Positions 7,823-15,765 of a DNA stretch of 26,843 bases are shown here, one piece after another. The notes under the pieces are model-generated. The model saw only the letters and a program-made list of their open reading frames with translations, was not told the DNA's origin and made no database searches. Position 1 is the first letter of the stretch, and every line of letters begins with the position of its first letter. Source of the DNA: a virus (taxonomy: Duplodnaviria > Caudoviricetes); IMG/VR virus record IMGVR_UViG_3300022821_000097, positions 1-26,843 of that record; one strand, given 5' to 3'. The position numbers and the translations under genes are program-made.

Positions 7823-9509
7823 TCTGTCCTGCGGGATTGGCAGCATTCCCTCCGTTTTGTTCATCTGGAATTGGTTTAAGTTCTTGAGCAAGTGTGTCTT
7901 CACCGAGAGCCATTAATCCCTTCTGTCTCCATTTTGTTTCAGCTTGTGTTCCAGCTGCGAACTGTGCGCCCATTCCCACTTTAGACATCACGAATGCGTC
8001 TGTTTCCCACGCTCCACTGCGGCTGTCTTCTTGCACGATGATCTTTTTCTTTTCTTTCAGCAAGACGGAAATATCACCGAGAGTGATTCCCTCGACTCTC
8101 ACTTCTTCACCGATTCTTTCAGTTGGCAATCCTCTTCGCATTGCGTCTGTTTCGGTTACTTTCGCTTTAACATTGGTCACCACTGGGGTGTCGTTGGTTG
8201 GCTTGATGAAACGACGCATAAAGTCGATGATGATTCTATACGCGAACTGATACTCGGTAGCATTTGTTTCTTGCATCGATACTGCTGGACGAATCCTTGC
8301 ACTTTCTTCAGCAAGAGTTTGAGTTGCTGTTTGAGTGGCTGGACGATCTATATCCTGTAAAGCAATGCCATTTCTTTTGACCTGTTCGGTTGTGTCATTA
8401 TTCGCTCGTTCGAACTCTCCAGTGAGTGGGTCACTTTTGAATGTTTCAATGGTTGTCGAAGTCCCCGGATCAAGTCGAACGATTGGATCTTCACCATCTC
8501 GGCGAAGTTGTGCCGCTTCGTACATTTGGCTCAAAAAGACTCCATATTTACTCTCCTCCATTTGAATGCCACGAGTTGGATAAATATTGTTCTCGATGTG
8601 TCTGAATGCCATATTCCTACGCCTCTGATCTTCTCTCGCAAGTTTAGCGTGTTGCTGTCCGAATCCCATTGCGTACATCTCACCTAAAAGCGATTTGCCT
8701 TTAAAGTGAAGCAGCGGGATGTAAGATTTACCATCAAGAATATACTTCCAGTCTTTTTTTGTCTCCTTATCGGCTTCATAGCCTGTCCTCCCGATGAATA
8801 CCTTTTTGATTTTCTTAATAGCGTTGTAGTAAATACCGACTTGGGTGATCTGTTCTCGGTCACGATCTACATTATCATTTGCATTTTGATACGCGTCTTG
8901 ACCCTGCACCTCTGGCAAGTCTCCCCATAGATATTTCCCTTTTGCTTCTGGGTATCTCTCATCAATCTCGTCTGATGGATATTCGAAGATAACGAAAGCC
9001 TCGTTCGCGTCATTGTCACCATTCTTGCTTCGAAGCTGGGTTGCTGATGTTGGAAAAAACACCTGAGACATAGACAAACACCGAAAGTATATTGGTGTCA
9101 AGTCGGAATCTTCTGCTCCGAAGTGCATTATTGTGTTGCCTGTTTGTGCCTGTGAGAGGAAGCCCCTCGGGTCATCCCGAAGACAAGAAATAAACCCAGA
9201 TTCATCGAGTATCTGCGAGTGTGCATCTCTTAAAAGTTGCTTCTCTTCTTCGGTTGAACTTGGTATTCTGAAGATGTAATCTAGTGGTTTTAGCTGTTCG
9301 ACAATACGATCAATAACCTGCGCTAATAGCATCGGATTAGTCATATCGTTAATATCATCGCTCACTCGAAAACAGTCTGCGTACATATCTGTCACTACTT
9401 TCGCACTCCTAACAAACGCGTCTACTTTGGGGCTGCCGTAGCGCATAATATCCATAGCCCTCACGAAATCTTTGTCTTGATTCGTTTCGAACTTTTGCTG
9501 TTTTGTCAT
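7773..9509 (-). CDS. Portal protein (podovirus/P22-like)
   Basis: 578 aa directly after the large terminase; ATQTATQTLAEES motif and Q/N/G-rich tail typical of podoviral portals. Confidence 0.8.
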   Translation of the reverse strand: MTKQQKFETNQDKDFVRAMDIMRYGSPKVDAFVRSAKVVTDMYADCFRVSDDINDMTNPMLLAQVIDRIVEQLKPLDYIFRIPSSTEEEKQLLRDAHSQILDESGFISCLRDDPRGFLSQAQTGNTIMHFGAEDSDLTPIYFRCLSMSQVFFPTSATQLRSKNGDNDANEAFVIFEYPSDEIDERYPEAKGKYLWGDLPEVQGQDAYQNANDNVDRDREQITQVGIYYNAIKKIKKVFIGRTGYEADKETKKDWKYILDGKSYIPLLHFKGKSLLGEMYAMGFGQQHAKLAREDQRRRNMAFRHIENNIYPTRGIQMEESKYGVFLSQMYEAAQLRRDGEDPIVRLDPGTSTTIETFKSDPLTGEFERANNDTTEQVKRNGIALQDIDRPATQTATQTLAEESARIRPAVSMQETNATEYQFAYRIIIDFMRRFIKPTNDTPVVTNVKAKVTETDAMRRGLPTERIGEEVRVEGITLGDISVLLKEKKKIIVQEDSRSGAWETDAFVMSKVGMGAQFAAGTQAETKWRQKGLMALGEDTLAQELKPIPDEQNGGNAANPAGQNAGLLKAANPGQGLLQ

Positions 9510-9535
9510 AGTGAGTGAGACAGCAAGGTGAACAA

Positions 9536-9563
9536 ATTATATTCTATTTTTGGAAGAATGCAA
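9536..9563 (-). promoter_or_regulatory. Sigma70-like promoter upstream of the portal gene
   Basis: TTGCAT-N16-TATAAT. Confidence 0.5.
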
Positions 9564-9564
9564 G

Positions 9565-11103
9565 TTATTTTCGTGAATTAAGTGAGTGCATTTTAGCGCG
9601 GTATTCTCTAATTGCACTGACATCATCTTGCGCCACCTTAAACGGCTCGTTGTCTACCCAGTACTCAAGAGCTGTCCGAAAGTGAGAGGTTGCATTGTGG
9701 ATCGGGAGCTTTTGTTCTCTTGTTCGTTGGCTGCCTTCTTTTACTTCGGGATAGCGGGCTTGCGTGATTGCTTGAATGAAGTCAAGTTGATTCTCGTCGA
9801 CGAAGTATCTCGGGAGGGCTAGGATTGTCTTTCCTATTCGATCTGCGACTAGTGTCCCACTTTTGGTTTGAATGCTGATTCCGTATTTAGATAACTGCTT
9901 GACGATTGTGTTCTCGCTGATTACATTTCTATTGTGTGCGTTGTACGGATCGCCAAAGTGATTGAGGTAATAACTCTTCCATTTTTGATGCTTCTCGATT
10001 AAGTTCATTTCCTTTTCGGTGTATTCAAATCCGGGAGTTGGTATTCCGTTGACGAAGGCAGCGAAGAAATCAATATCTTTATCTGTCTTTTGGAATGAGT
10101 CGATTATTTTACAGGTGTTGGTTTTGAAGTCTTTTTGAATCCAAATGATCGCTGTCATATCTCTCCCGAAGTCCCACGAGGTGTAAAGTTGTAGCTCAGG
10201 ATCAAACTCGTATTTACCGAAGTTGGCTTTTCTTTGAAAGTCTTTGTACACAGCGCCAGTCACCGAGTCGTCATAACTAATGTCTAGCTCTTTTGCGGTC
10301 TCAAGCGGTGTTCGATTCTTTTTCTCGTTCTCGTACCAAACTTGTGTTTTGTTTGGGTGATCGCTCCAATGAAGCCTAAACTTCTTCATCGACAAGTGAG
10401 CATAGTCCTCGTGGCTTGTCATTATCTTGCCGTAGACATTGAATCTTCCTTCGGGTGTTCCGCCGATGATCCTGCACTGCGAAACATCTCTAGTTTTTCT
10501 GAATGCTTTCTCGGCGTTTTGCCAAAGAGCGAACTCGTCGAGGACGACGAACTTTCTTCGTCCGCCTGTTCCGAAGTTCTCGCCAGTGTCTCCACTGATT
10601 GAGCAATCATCTGTCGAAACTTGTTTGAACTTCTCTAAAATCTCTGGCTTCATCCATTTTGGGAGTCGTCCGAGGACATATCTGATTCGTTCAAAGTGTG
10701 AATCCATATCTCCCTGCTTGTCTACATAATCTTCTTTATACGATCCATAAAGGCTTGACCACTTTTGGAATATGAATGCCCAGACTTGAATCACTACCAC
10801 CATCCACGAATAGCCCATGTCTCGGCTTTTCTCGGTTGTATTGTCTTGTTTGTCTCGGATGCATTGAATTACGCCAGTAATGAATTTGTCTTGAAAGTCG
10901 TAAGTGATGAATGGGATGTGTGCTGATTGTCCGTTTTCTTCTTTTCTTGGATCGTATGTCCAGCCGAATACATTGAAGAAAAACAGAATATCATCTTTAC
11001 ATTCTGCGAGCAAGAGCGATTGAATCTCTTTATCTTTTTGCGCTTTCTGTAAAATATTGATTCTGAATAGCTCGTTCTTGTCGATCTGTTTGGGATATTC
11101 CAT
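9565..11103 (-). CDS. terL: Terminase large subunit
   Basis: EKSRDMGYSW (Walker A-like), VVLDEFA (Walker B), GTP motif III, SWDFG and GDP nuclease motifs. Confidence 0.93.
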   Translation of the reverse strand: MEYPKQIDKNELFRINILQKAQKDKEIQSLLLAECKDDILFFFNVFGWTYDPRKEENGQSAHIPFITYDFQDKFITGVIQCIRDKQDNTTEKSRDMGYSWMVVVIQVWAFIFQKWSSLYGSYKEDYVDKQGDMDSHFERIRYVLGRLPKWMKPEILEKFKQVSTDDCSISGDTGENFGTGGRRKFVVLDEFALWQNAEKAFRKTRDVSQCRIIGGTPEGRFNVYGKIMTSHEDYAHLSMKKFRLHWSDHPNKTQVWYENEKKNRTPLETAKELDISYDDSVTGAVYKDFQRKANFGKYEFDPELQLYTSWDFGRDMTAIIWIQKDFKTNTCKIIDSFQKTDKDIDFFAAFVNGIPTPGFEYTEKEMNLIEKHQKWKSYYLNHFGDPYNAHNRNVISENTIVKQLSKYGISIQTKSGTLVADRIGKTILALPRYFVDENQLDFIQAITQARYPEVKEGSQRTREQKLPIHNATSHFRTALEYWVDNEPFKVAQDDVSAIREYRAKMHSLNSRK

Positions 11104-11222
11104 TTATTGGGTATTTCACTCTCTGTTTTTATAGCGTTTAAGCGATTTCTCTTATTTTCTACATTGGCTTGTGCAAGGGCTATCATCAGACTCGCTCACC
11201 GCAAAGTACAGAATATTTTTAT

Positions 11223-11663
11223 TTACAGTCCTAGCAGATTATTCAGTGCGTCTTTTCTTTTTTCAGGATCTAGTTTTGATACATCTACATTGCCCATCTT
11301 CTCCCCATCACTTGTTAAATCTAACTTCTCTCCAAATCGTTTAGGAAGCTTTTTAGATAGATTCCATTTCTTTGTATCAATTATCAATTTAGCCCTTTGA
11401 ATATCTTTTTCAGTTCTTGCTATTTCATCCATTTCTTCCGACTCAACTTCTGCTCCAATCCCTTTACTTTTCGCGTATTGCTTGTAAAAGCCCTTTTCAT
11501 CTTCTAATACCCATCTGTGGATAGTTGACGCATCAGGCATATCATTATCTCTTGCTATTTTCCGTACGCTTTCACCTTCTGATATTCTTTTGCAAATACA
11601 TAATGCTAATTCTGCGGTGTAGATTCTCGGTCTTCCGTTCGGTCTTCCAGTTAGTTTTGTCAT
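11223..11663 (-). CDS. terS: Terminase small subunit (Sf6 gp1-like)
   Basis: GRPRIYTAELALCICKRISEGESVRKIARDNDMPDASTIHRWV and RAKLIIDTKKWNLSKKLPKRFGEK are Sf6-type TerS motifs. Confidence 0.9.
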   Translation of the reverse strand: MTKLTGRPNGRPRIYTAELALCICKRISEGESVRKIARDNDMPDASTIHRWVLEDEKGFYKQYAKSKGIGAEVESEEMDEIARTEKDIQRAKLIIDTKKWNLSKKLPKRFGEKLDLTSDGEKMGNVDVSKLDPEKRKDALNNLLGL

Positions 11664-11673
11664 GTCATATTGT

Positions 11674-11892
11674 TTAATTGCCTTTTGCTATTTCTTGTCG
11701 TCCTCTTTCCATTATTCTTTTTACTACTTTGCCTTGTTCTCTTTTTCTGTATCCGTGAGCGGCGCATCCTTTTCCGGGGATGAATGTGAAGGCGTTTCTG
11801 TTTTCTTCTTTTGGTTTACATTTGATGCATAACCATCTGCTATTTATTAACGAGGCTGCTCCTGTTTCGTTTCCACATTCTTCGCATTTCAT
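11674..11892 (-). CDS. Small Zn-ribbon protein
   Basis: CEEC...CIKC. Confidence 0.65.
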   Translation of the reverse strand: MKCEECGNETGAASLINSRWLCIKCKPKEENRNAFTFIPGKGCAAHGYRKREQGKVVKRIMERGRQEIAKGN

Positions 11893-12102
11893 TTAAATAT
11901 TTGAGTTATTGCCATTATACCTGTTCCGTGGTCTTTTTCAAGTATTGCATCAAAGCTTCCAAAACCCTTTAATTTTTCTTGATTCTTTCGTTAAAGGGAA
12001 AGTTATGCTGTACTTTTTCCAGCCGAATATGTTTTTCTTTAAAGGGACGGAGATGTCCTTTAATCCTTTTGTTAGTTCGGTAAATCTTGATTCGGTGTTC
12101 AT
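11889..12102 (-). pseudogene. Small gene apparently split by one extra base (50-aa ORF 11950-12102 plus a +1-frame tail to 11889)
   Basis: Both ends are ATGA-coupled to neighbouring genes but lie in different frames (214 nt = 3n+1). Confidence 0.4.
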
Positions 12103-12269
12103 TTAATGGTGATTGTTTTGCAGTCTTTGCATTGATAGAGCTTTTGATATCTTCCTCCGATTACAGCTTCACCGTTATCACTGAATTTAATGATGCTTTT
12201 TCCTGTTCCTCCGACTTCCACCATCTCGCCTTTGCATTCTTTACAGCGGTCTGTTTGTTCCTTATTCAT
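12099..12269 (-). CDS. Small Zn-ribbon protein, probably leaderless
   Basis: MNKEQTDRCKECKGEM...YQCKDCK; the TTG start in the ORF track is the -35 box. Confidence 0.7.
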   Translation of the reverse strand: MNKEQTDRCKECKGEMVEVGGTGKSIIKFSDNGEAVIGGRYQKLYQCKDCKTITIK

Positions 12270-12276
12270 TGCTCTT

Positions 12277-12305
12277 ATTCTCTCATTTTGAGTTAAATAA
12301 GTCAA
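12277..12305 (-). promoter_or_regulatory. Leftward promoter for the packaging/structural block
   Basis: TTGACT-N17-GAGAAT, 7 nt before ATG 12269. Confidence 0.55.
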
Positions 12306-12335
12306 GCTTTTCTTTATGTGTAGTCTTTAACCGCC

Positions 12336-12364
12336 TTGACTTTTGATTCTTTTGGGTGTAAAAT
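12336..12364 (+). promoter_or_regulatory. Strong rightward sigma70 promoter
   Basis: TTGACT-N17-TAAAAT. Confidence 0.75.
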
Positions 12365-12387
12365 TAAGTAAACTAACACCCAAACAA

Positions 12388-12480
12388 ATGAAAAACCCAC
12401 AACCTTTACCGCTTGGCTTTCAATTAATCGGGCTGGTGTTTTGTCTATGTTCTATGTTTACAGTGCTTTGCTTCTTTTAG
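12388..12480 (+). CDS. 30-aa single-pass membrane peptide (MKNPQPLPLGFQLIGLVFCLCSMFTVLCFF)
   Basis: Manual translation; own promoter and taacacccaaacaaATG leader. Confidence 0.5.
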   Translation: MKNPQPLPLGFQLIGLVFCLCSMFTVLCFF

Positions 12481-12525
12481 TTTAGATTATAATACTTTCT
12501 TTATACTCTGTATATCTTATTAGTA

Positions 12526-12553
12526 TTGACAATGGATTTAATCGGAGTAAACT
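12526..12553 (+). promoter_or_regulatory. Promoter at the head of the cassette array
   Basis: TTGACA-N16-TAAACT. Confidence 0.6.
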
Positions 12554-12576
12554 TGAATTACATTAACCCCCAAAAG

Positions 12577-12774
12577 ATGTTTAAACAGAATGATAAAATT
12601 CTCGGAACAAGCGAAAAGCCTTTAAAAATTAAAAAAGGATGGTGCGTAAAATTTAATTGTGTTCGTAAATACTGCGACAAAACAATTTCAGAAATTGCAC
12701 TATTTTACACTAAAAAAGACGCTCAATATTTTATAAAAAACCATCAAGCAGAAAAATACTCGCAAATGAGTTAA
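12577..12774 (+). CDS. Cassette 1 orphan protein (65 aa, MFKQNDKILGTSEK...)
   Basis: Start revised to the ATG after ttaacccccaaaag; its TAA stop lies inside repeat R1. Confidence 0.75.
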   Translation: MFKQNDKILGTSEKPLKIKKGWCVKFNCVRKYCDKTISEIALFYTKKDAQYFIKNHQAEKYSQMS

Positions 12775-12846
12775 CCCTTCACGCTTGCTCTCGGTCCGAG
12801 GGCTTGCGTGAGTGATTAACCACTCTAATTTAACCCCCAAAAGATG
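12771..12846 (+). repeat. Intergenic hairpin repeat R1
   Basis: ttaacccttcacgc-tt-gctctcgg-t-ccgagggc-tt-gcgtgagtgattaaccactctaatttaacccccaaaagATG. Confidence 0.95.
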
Positions 12847-13140
12847 AATAACATTGAACAGCATCTCGAAACGCTCGGAGAATCAAACACTCTCACTGGT
12901 AAAGCGATTGAAGCGATGATTGCACTGGCTTCACTCGACGCGAGCAACTCGGATTCGTGGGGAATAATTAAAGAAGAGTTCGGCGAGTGTTCTATCTCGA
13001 CAATTAGAGAGATTCGCAATTATTTTTTCGGCAATTGGTCGGGAGAATTATTAAAAAGAGAAGCTAAAAAATACATTCAAGCAGCGGCAGAGTGGAGCGA
13101 ATGCAACCGAAAACACAACACCGAATCAATCACCGCTTAA
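12844..13140 (+). CDS. Cassette 2 orphan protein (98 aa)
   Basis: ATG at the end of R1; TAA stop inside R2. Confidence 0.8.
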   Translation: MNNIEQHLETLGESNTLTGKAIEAMIALASLDASNSDSWGIIKEEFGECSISTIREIRNYFFGNWSGELLKREAKKYIQAAAEWSECNRKHNTESITA

Positions 13141-13212
13141 CCCTTCACGCTTGCCCTTACTTCGAGGGCTTGCGTGAGTGATTAACACTCAAAATTAACC
13201 CCCTTTAAAATG
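13137..13212 (+). repeat. Intergenic hairpin repeat R2
   Basis: ttaacccttcacgc-tt-gccctt-acttc-gagggc-tt-gcgtgagtgattaacactcaaaattaaccccctttaaaATG. Confidence 0.95.
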
Positions 13213-13434
13213 TCTAAACTTCAACCAAAAGACCTACTAAAAACATTCGAGAACCTTACAGATTGCAGGGAGGAGGAGAAATGCATAGTTTGCGGTCGGA
13301 AACGTGCAAAAGGATTTAACGGATTCGCGACAACTTACAGTTGCATGAATGAAGATTGCATTAAATATGACACAAAAGATAACAGACCGCCTAAAATAAT
13401 TCAAAAGAAATATCCCGACTATCCAAAAAACTAG
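13210..13434 (+). CDS. Cassette 3 orphan Zn-binding protein (74 aa)
   Basis: CIVC...CMNEDC; bounded by R2 and R3. Confidence 0.8.
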   Translation: MSKLQPKDLLKTFENLTDCREEEKCIVCGRKRAKGFNGFATTYSCMNEDCIKYDTKDNRPPKIIQKKYPDYPKN

Positions 13435-13435
13435 C

Positions 13436-13508
13436 TTAACCTTTCACGCTTGCCTCGACTCCGGGGCTTGCGTGAGTGATTAACACTCAATTTAACCCCC
13501 AAAAGATG
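13436..13508 (+). repeat. Intergenic hairpin repeat R3
   Basis: ttaacctttcacgc-tt-gcctcg-actc-cggggc-tt-gcgtgagtgattaacactcaatttaacccccaaaagATG. Confidence 0.95.
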
Positions 13509-13682
13509 AAAACACTAAACATATCGCCAGTCGAAGCAGAAACTAAAATAATAGAGCTTCTCGCCGCTAATATAAAACGATGGAAAAAGAATAAGTTCTC
13601 TAACGAAACCATTGTTAATAATATCAAAAATCTAAACTTGCCAACTCATATTACAAAACAAGCATTGATTTATTCTATCTGA
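13506..13682 (+). CDS. Cassette 4 orphan protein (58 aa, MKTLNISPVEAETK...)
   Basis: Start revised to ATG 13506 at the end of R3; TGA stop 3 nt before R4. Confidence 0.75.
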   Translation: MKTLNISPVEAETKIIELLAANIKRWKKNKFSNETIVNNIKNLNLPTHITKQALIYSI

Positions 13683-13685
13683 AGC

Positions 13686-13761
13686 TTAACCTTTCACGCT
13701 TGCTCTCACTCCGAGAGCTTGCGTGAGTGATTAACCACTCTAATTAACCCCCTTTAAAATG
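13686..13761 (+). repeat. Intergenic hairpin repeat R4
   Basis: ttaacctttcacgc-tt-gctctc-actcc-gagagc-tt-gcgtgagtgattaaccactctaattaaccccctttaaaATG. Confidence 0.95.
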
Positions 13762-14139
13762 CAACTGAACATTGAAACTACGAAAGAAGATGTTATTGAC
13801 TATTTCGAGCAGCTAGACAGTGAAACAAAAAACGAGATATTAAACTCGTTTACTGCAGATCAAGTTATTGGATCTGTAACTATGCACCTAAAGGGCGACG
13901 GACATATCAGCATCTGGGATACAAGCGGTTGGAGATGGGGAAGTGAATTGAGAAATGCTATTGCTGAAATAAAAGGAACAGATAAAGAATTGCTAAAAGA
14001 TCATAATTCTAAAATCAAAAGTCTAAAACACGATATAGAACATTATAAAAAATTCTATGATTATTATTTTAAATTATACCATATCGAACCGAATGAGCTA
14101 TACATAAAGGTAAAAGAAGAAATAGGTGAACCTACATAA
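13759..14139 (+). CDS. Cassette 5 orphan protein (126 aa)
   Basis: ATG at the end of R4. Confidence 0.8.
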   Translation: MQLNIETTKEDVIDYFEQLDSETKNEILNSFTADQVIGSVTMHLKGDGHISIWDTSGWRWGSELRNAIAEIKGTDKELLKDHNSKIKSLKHDIEHYKKFYDYYFKLYHIEPNELYIKVKEEIGEPT

Positions 14140-14242
14140 ACATTTGATTTCTCGATTGACTCAACACGAGAGTATTACTGAAGGTTATGATGATTTAAAC
14201 GCTGAAGCAAAATCTAAATCATTGTAGCTAAATACATTCTCG

Positions 14243-14322
14243 GAGTCAAGCTTGAATCGCGTCGGAGGGCGCGACTAATGGGACTCGGCGATTCGGGAAT
14301 CGGTCGCAAGGTTCTGCCCTCC
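14243..14322 (+). ncRNA. Candidate structured RNA or leader
   Basis: GC-rich island in AT-rich DNA with stems ggagggc/gccctcc, gcgac/gtcgc, cgattc/gaatcg, tcgcgtc/ggcgcga; no ORF. Confidence 0.4.
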
Positions 14323-14348
14323 CTTTAATTAAATTTAACCCCCTAAAA

Positions 14349-14618
14349 ATGAGTAAACAATCCTACCTAACCCTAAAATGGGGAACGCTAAAACGCTGGG
14401 ACTTCGACAGCTCGGAAAATGGAGTAAAGCTGCTTAAAGAATATTCAAAAATTGGCAGCTCAATAAGTGCAATTATGCAAAAAGACACGCCAAGGCAAAA
14501 AGAAATAATTTGCGAGCTTATTGATTTGTGCGATGGAGATACTATTTATTTAGATTGGGATGGTAAAGATGTCTCAAAAAAAGAAGCAAAAGAATATGTA
14601 ATCAGCTACGGAATCTAA
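14349..14618 (+). CDS. Hypothetical phage protein (LTLKWGTLKRW motif)
   Basis: 89-aa ORF after ttaaccccctaaaaATG. Confidence 0.8.
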   Translation: MSKQSYLTLKWGTLKRWDFDSSENGVKLLKEYSKIGSSISAIMQKDTPRQKEIICELIDLCDGDTIYLDWDGKDVSKKEAKEYVISYGI

Positions 14619-14628
14619 CTTTTATTTT

Positions 14629-14754
14629 ATGAAAAAACACCCCTACCTACCGCCTCCAGTTGCTATTTTAGAGCGTTCAGTGCGTTCTAATGACTGCCGG
14701 AGCAAGAAAAGAGAGCTTCGTGTTATGTCTGCTCGCTTTGTCAAGGCGGAATAA
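14629..14754 (+). CDS. 41-aa basic hypothetical protein
   Basis: Manual translation MKKHPYLPPPVAILERS... Confidence 0.4.
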   Translation: MKKHPYLPPPVAILERSVRSNDCRSKKRELRVMSARFVKAE

Positions 14755-14816
14755 AAGTAAGGCTTGACTTCCGTGGCTACGCTCCTATAAGATGGAGCTA
14801 CTTAACCCACTACAAA

Positions 14817-14975
14817 ATGAAAATTATTACCCCAAAGCAACGGATTCTAAATCTCGAACCAACAATTTCAGAAGAGCTTTTGACAAAAGTTTATCAAAAA
14901 TTACTCTATGTTCAAGACGAGGTTAAAGTTGACGATGAAATGTTAAAAACATTTATTTTAAACCCAGCATTTTAA
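14817..14975 (+). CDS. 52-aa hypothetical protein
   Basis: MKIITPKQRILNLEP...; ttaacccactacaaaATG leader; TTGACT box at 14764. Confidence 0.65.
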   Translation: MKIITPKQRILNLEPTISEELLTKVYQKLLYVQDEVKVDDEMLKTFILNPAF

Positions 14976-14978
14976 AAT

Positions 14979-15203
14979 ATGAATAACAAAGAAATTATCG
15001 CTTTTGCTAAATTACTGCAAGAATTAACAGAAGATTTTAGCAGCGGTGGAAAGAAAGAAGCAAAAAAAGACTTATTTAAAGCATTCAGCTGCAAATTCAA
15101 TATAACCGAAGAGGACGCCATTGAACACAACATCGAATTTGTTTTAGATTATGCAAAAACAGAGATCAGCAACGAATGGAAGGCAAGACTATCACATGGT
15201 TAA
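14979..15203 (+). CDS. Hypothetical protein (74 aa)
   Basis: ORF track; tightly packed. Confidence 0.7.
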   Translation: MNNKEIIAFAKLLQELTEDFSSGGKKEAKKDLFKAFSCKFNITEEDAIEHNIEFVLDYAKTEISNEWKARLSHG

Positions 15204-15227
15204 AATACTTAATTAATCAAATATTTT

Positions 15228-15470
15228 ATGATAATAATAGATTTTGTTTCCGAAAAAGAAAAAGAATGTGGAATGAAAAAAGAACTAGTCGAAAAAGATT
15301 TTGGTTATATTCCATTCTTTGATTTTATAACGATAGCATTAGTTAAAAGTGGTGAAGATAAAACTTTCAATAACAGCATTTCTATATTCTCGCTTCAAGC
15401 GCGAAGCAAAAAAGACTTAGACGAGGCTTGGGATGTGGTTTACAAGAAATATAGAAAATACTTTGATTAA
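15228..15470 (+). CDS. Hypothetical protein (80 aa)
   Basis: ORF track; AT-rich leader. Confidence 0.7.
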   Translation: MIIIDFVSEKEKECGMKKELVEKDFGYIPFFDFITIALVKSGEDKTFNNSISIFSLQARSKKDLDEAWDVVYKKYRKYFD

Positions 15471-15475
15471 TCAGA

Positions 15476-15586
15476 ATGAAAAAATTACTTTGCTTTCTCG
15501 GTCTTCACTCGTGGACAATGACTAAAAAATTTATGTGGTGGAAATGCGACTGGTGCGGAAAAAAGAAATACGATCATTATCTTTAA
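15476..15586 (+). CDS. 36-aa DUF1660-like Zn-finger peptide
   Basis: MKKLLCFLGLHSWTMTKKFMWWKCDWCGKKKYDHYL (C-x4-H...C-x2-C). Confidence 0.7.
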   Translation: MKKLLCFLGLHSWTMTKKFMWWKCDWCGKKKYDHYL

Positions 15587-15597
15587 TCAATTATATT

Positions 15598-15765
15598 ATG
15601 TATATCAAAGAAAAAGGTCTAATCATCACGCTAGCATACCTTGAAAATCTTGAAAAAGATTTTGTAATTTCGCAAACCCGTGATTCAGATGTTGAAATAA
15701 AAATAGACTTAGAAACAATAAGAAATGTTATTAAATTATTTAAAAAAAAACATGAGAGAAGTTAA
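15598..15765 (+). CDS. Hypothetical protein (55 aa)
   Basis: Start revised to ATG 15598. Confidence 0.6.
   Translation: MYIKEKGLIITLAYLENLEKDFVISQTRDSDVEIKIDLETIRNVIKLFKKKHERS

Noticed and set aside
10869-11186. Separate gene or TerS-TerL frameshift fusion
   Set aside because: Mostly overlaps terL out of frame; stop codons block extension from terS and no slippery site was found.
247-11400. Many plus-strand ORFs in the ORF track over the structural block
   Set aside because: Antisense shadows of well-supported minus-strand genes, with no start motifs or recognisable domains.
12771-13761. CRISPR array
   Set aside because: Repeats are ~75 bp and the intervals are unequal whole genes of about 180-300 bp; no cas genes in the window.
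12771-13761. Canonical integron attC sites or plain intrinsic terminators
   Set aside because: No GTTRRRY core at the 3' end and no IntI in the window; no U-tract after the stems. Kept only as analogies.
15476-15586. -1 frameshift at AAAAAATTTA in the DUF1660-like gene
   Set aside because: On recounting, the A-run has six bases and the Zn-finger is already in one frame.
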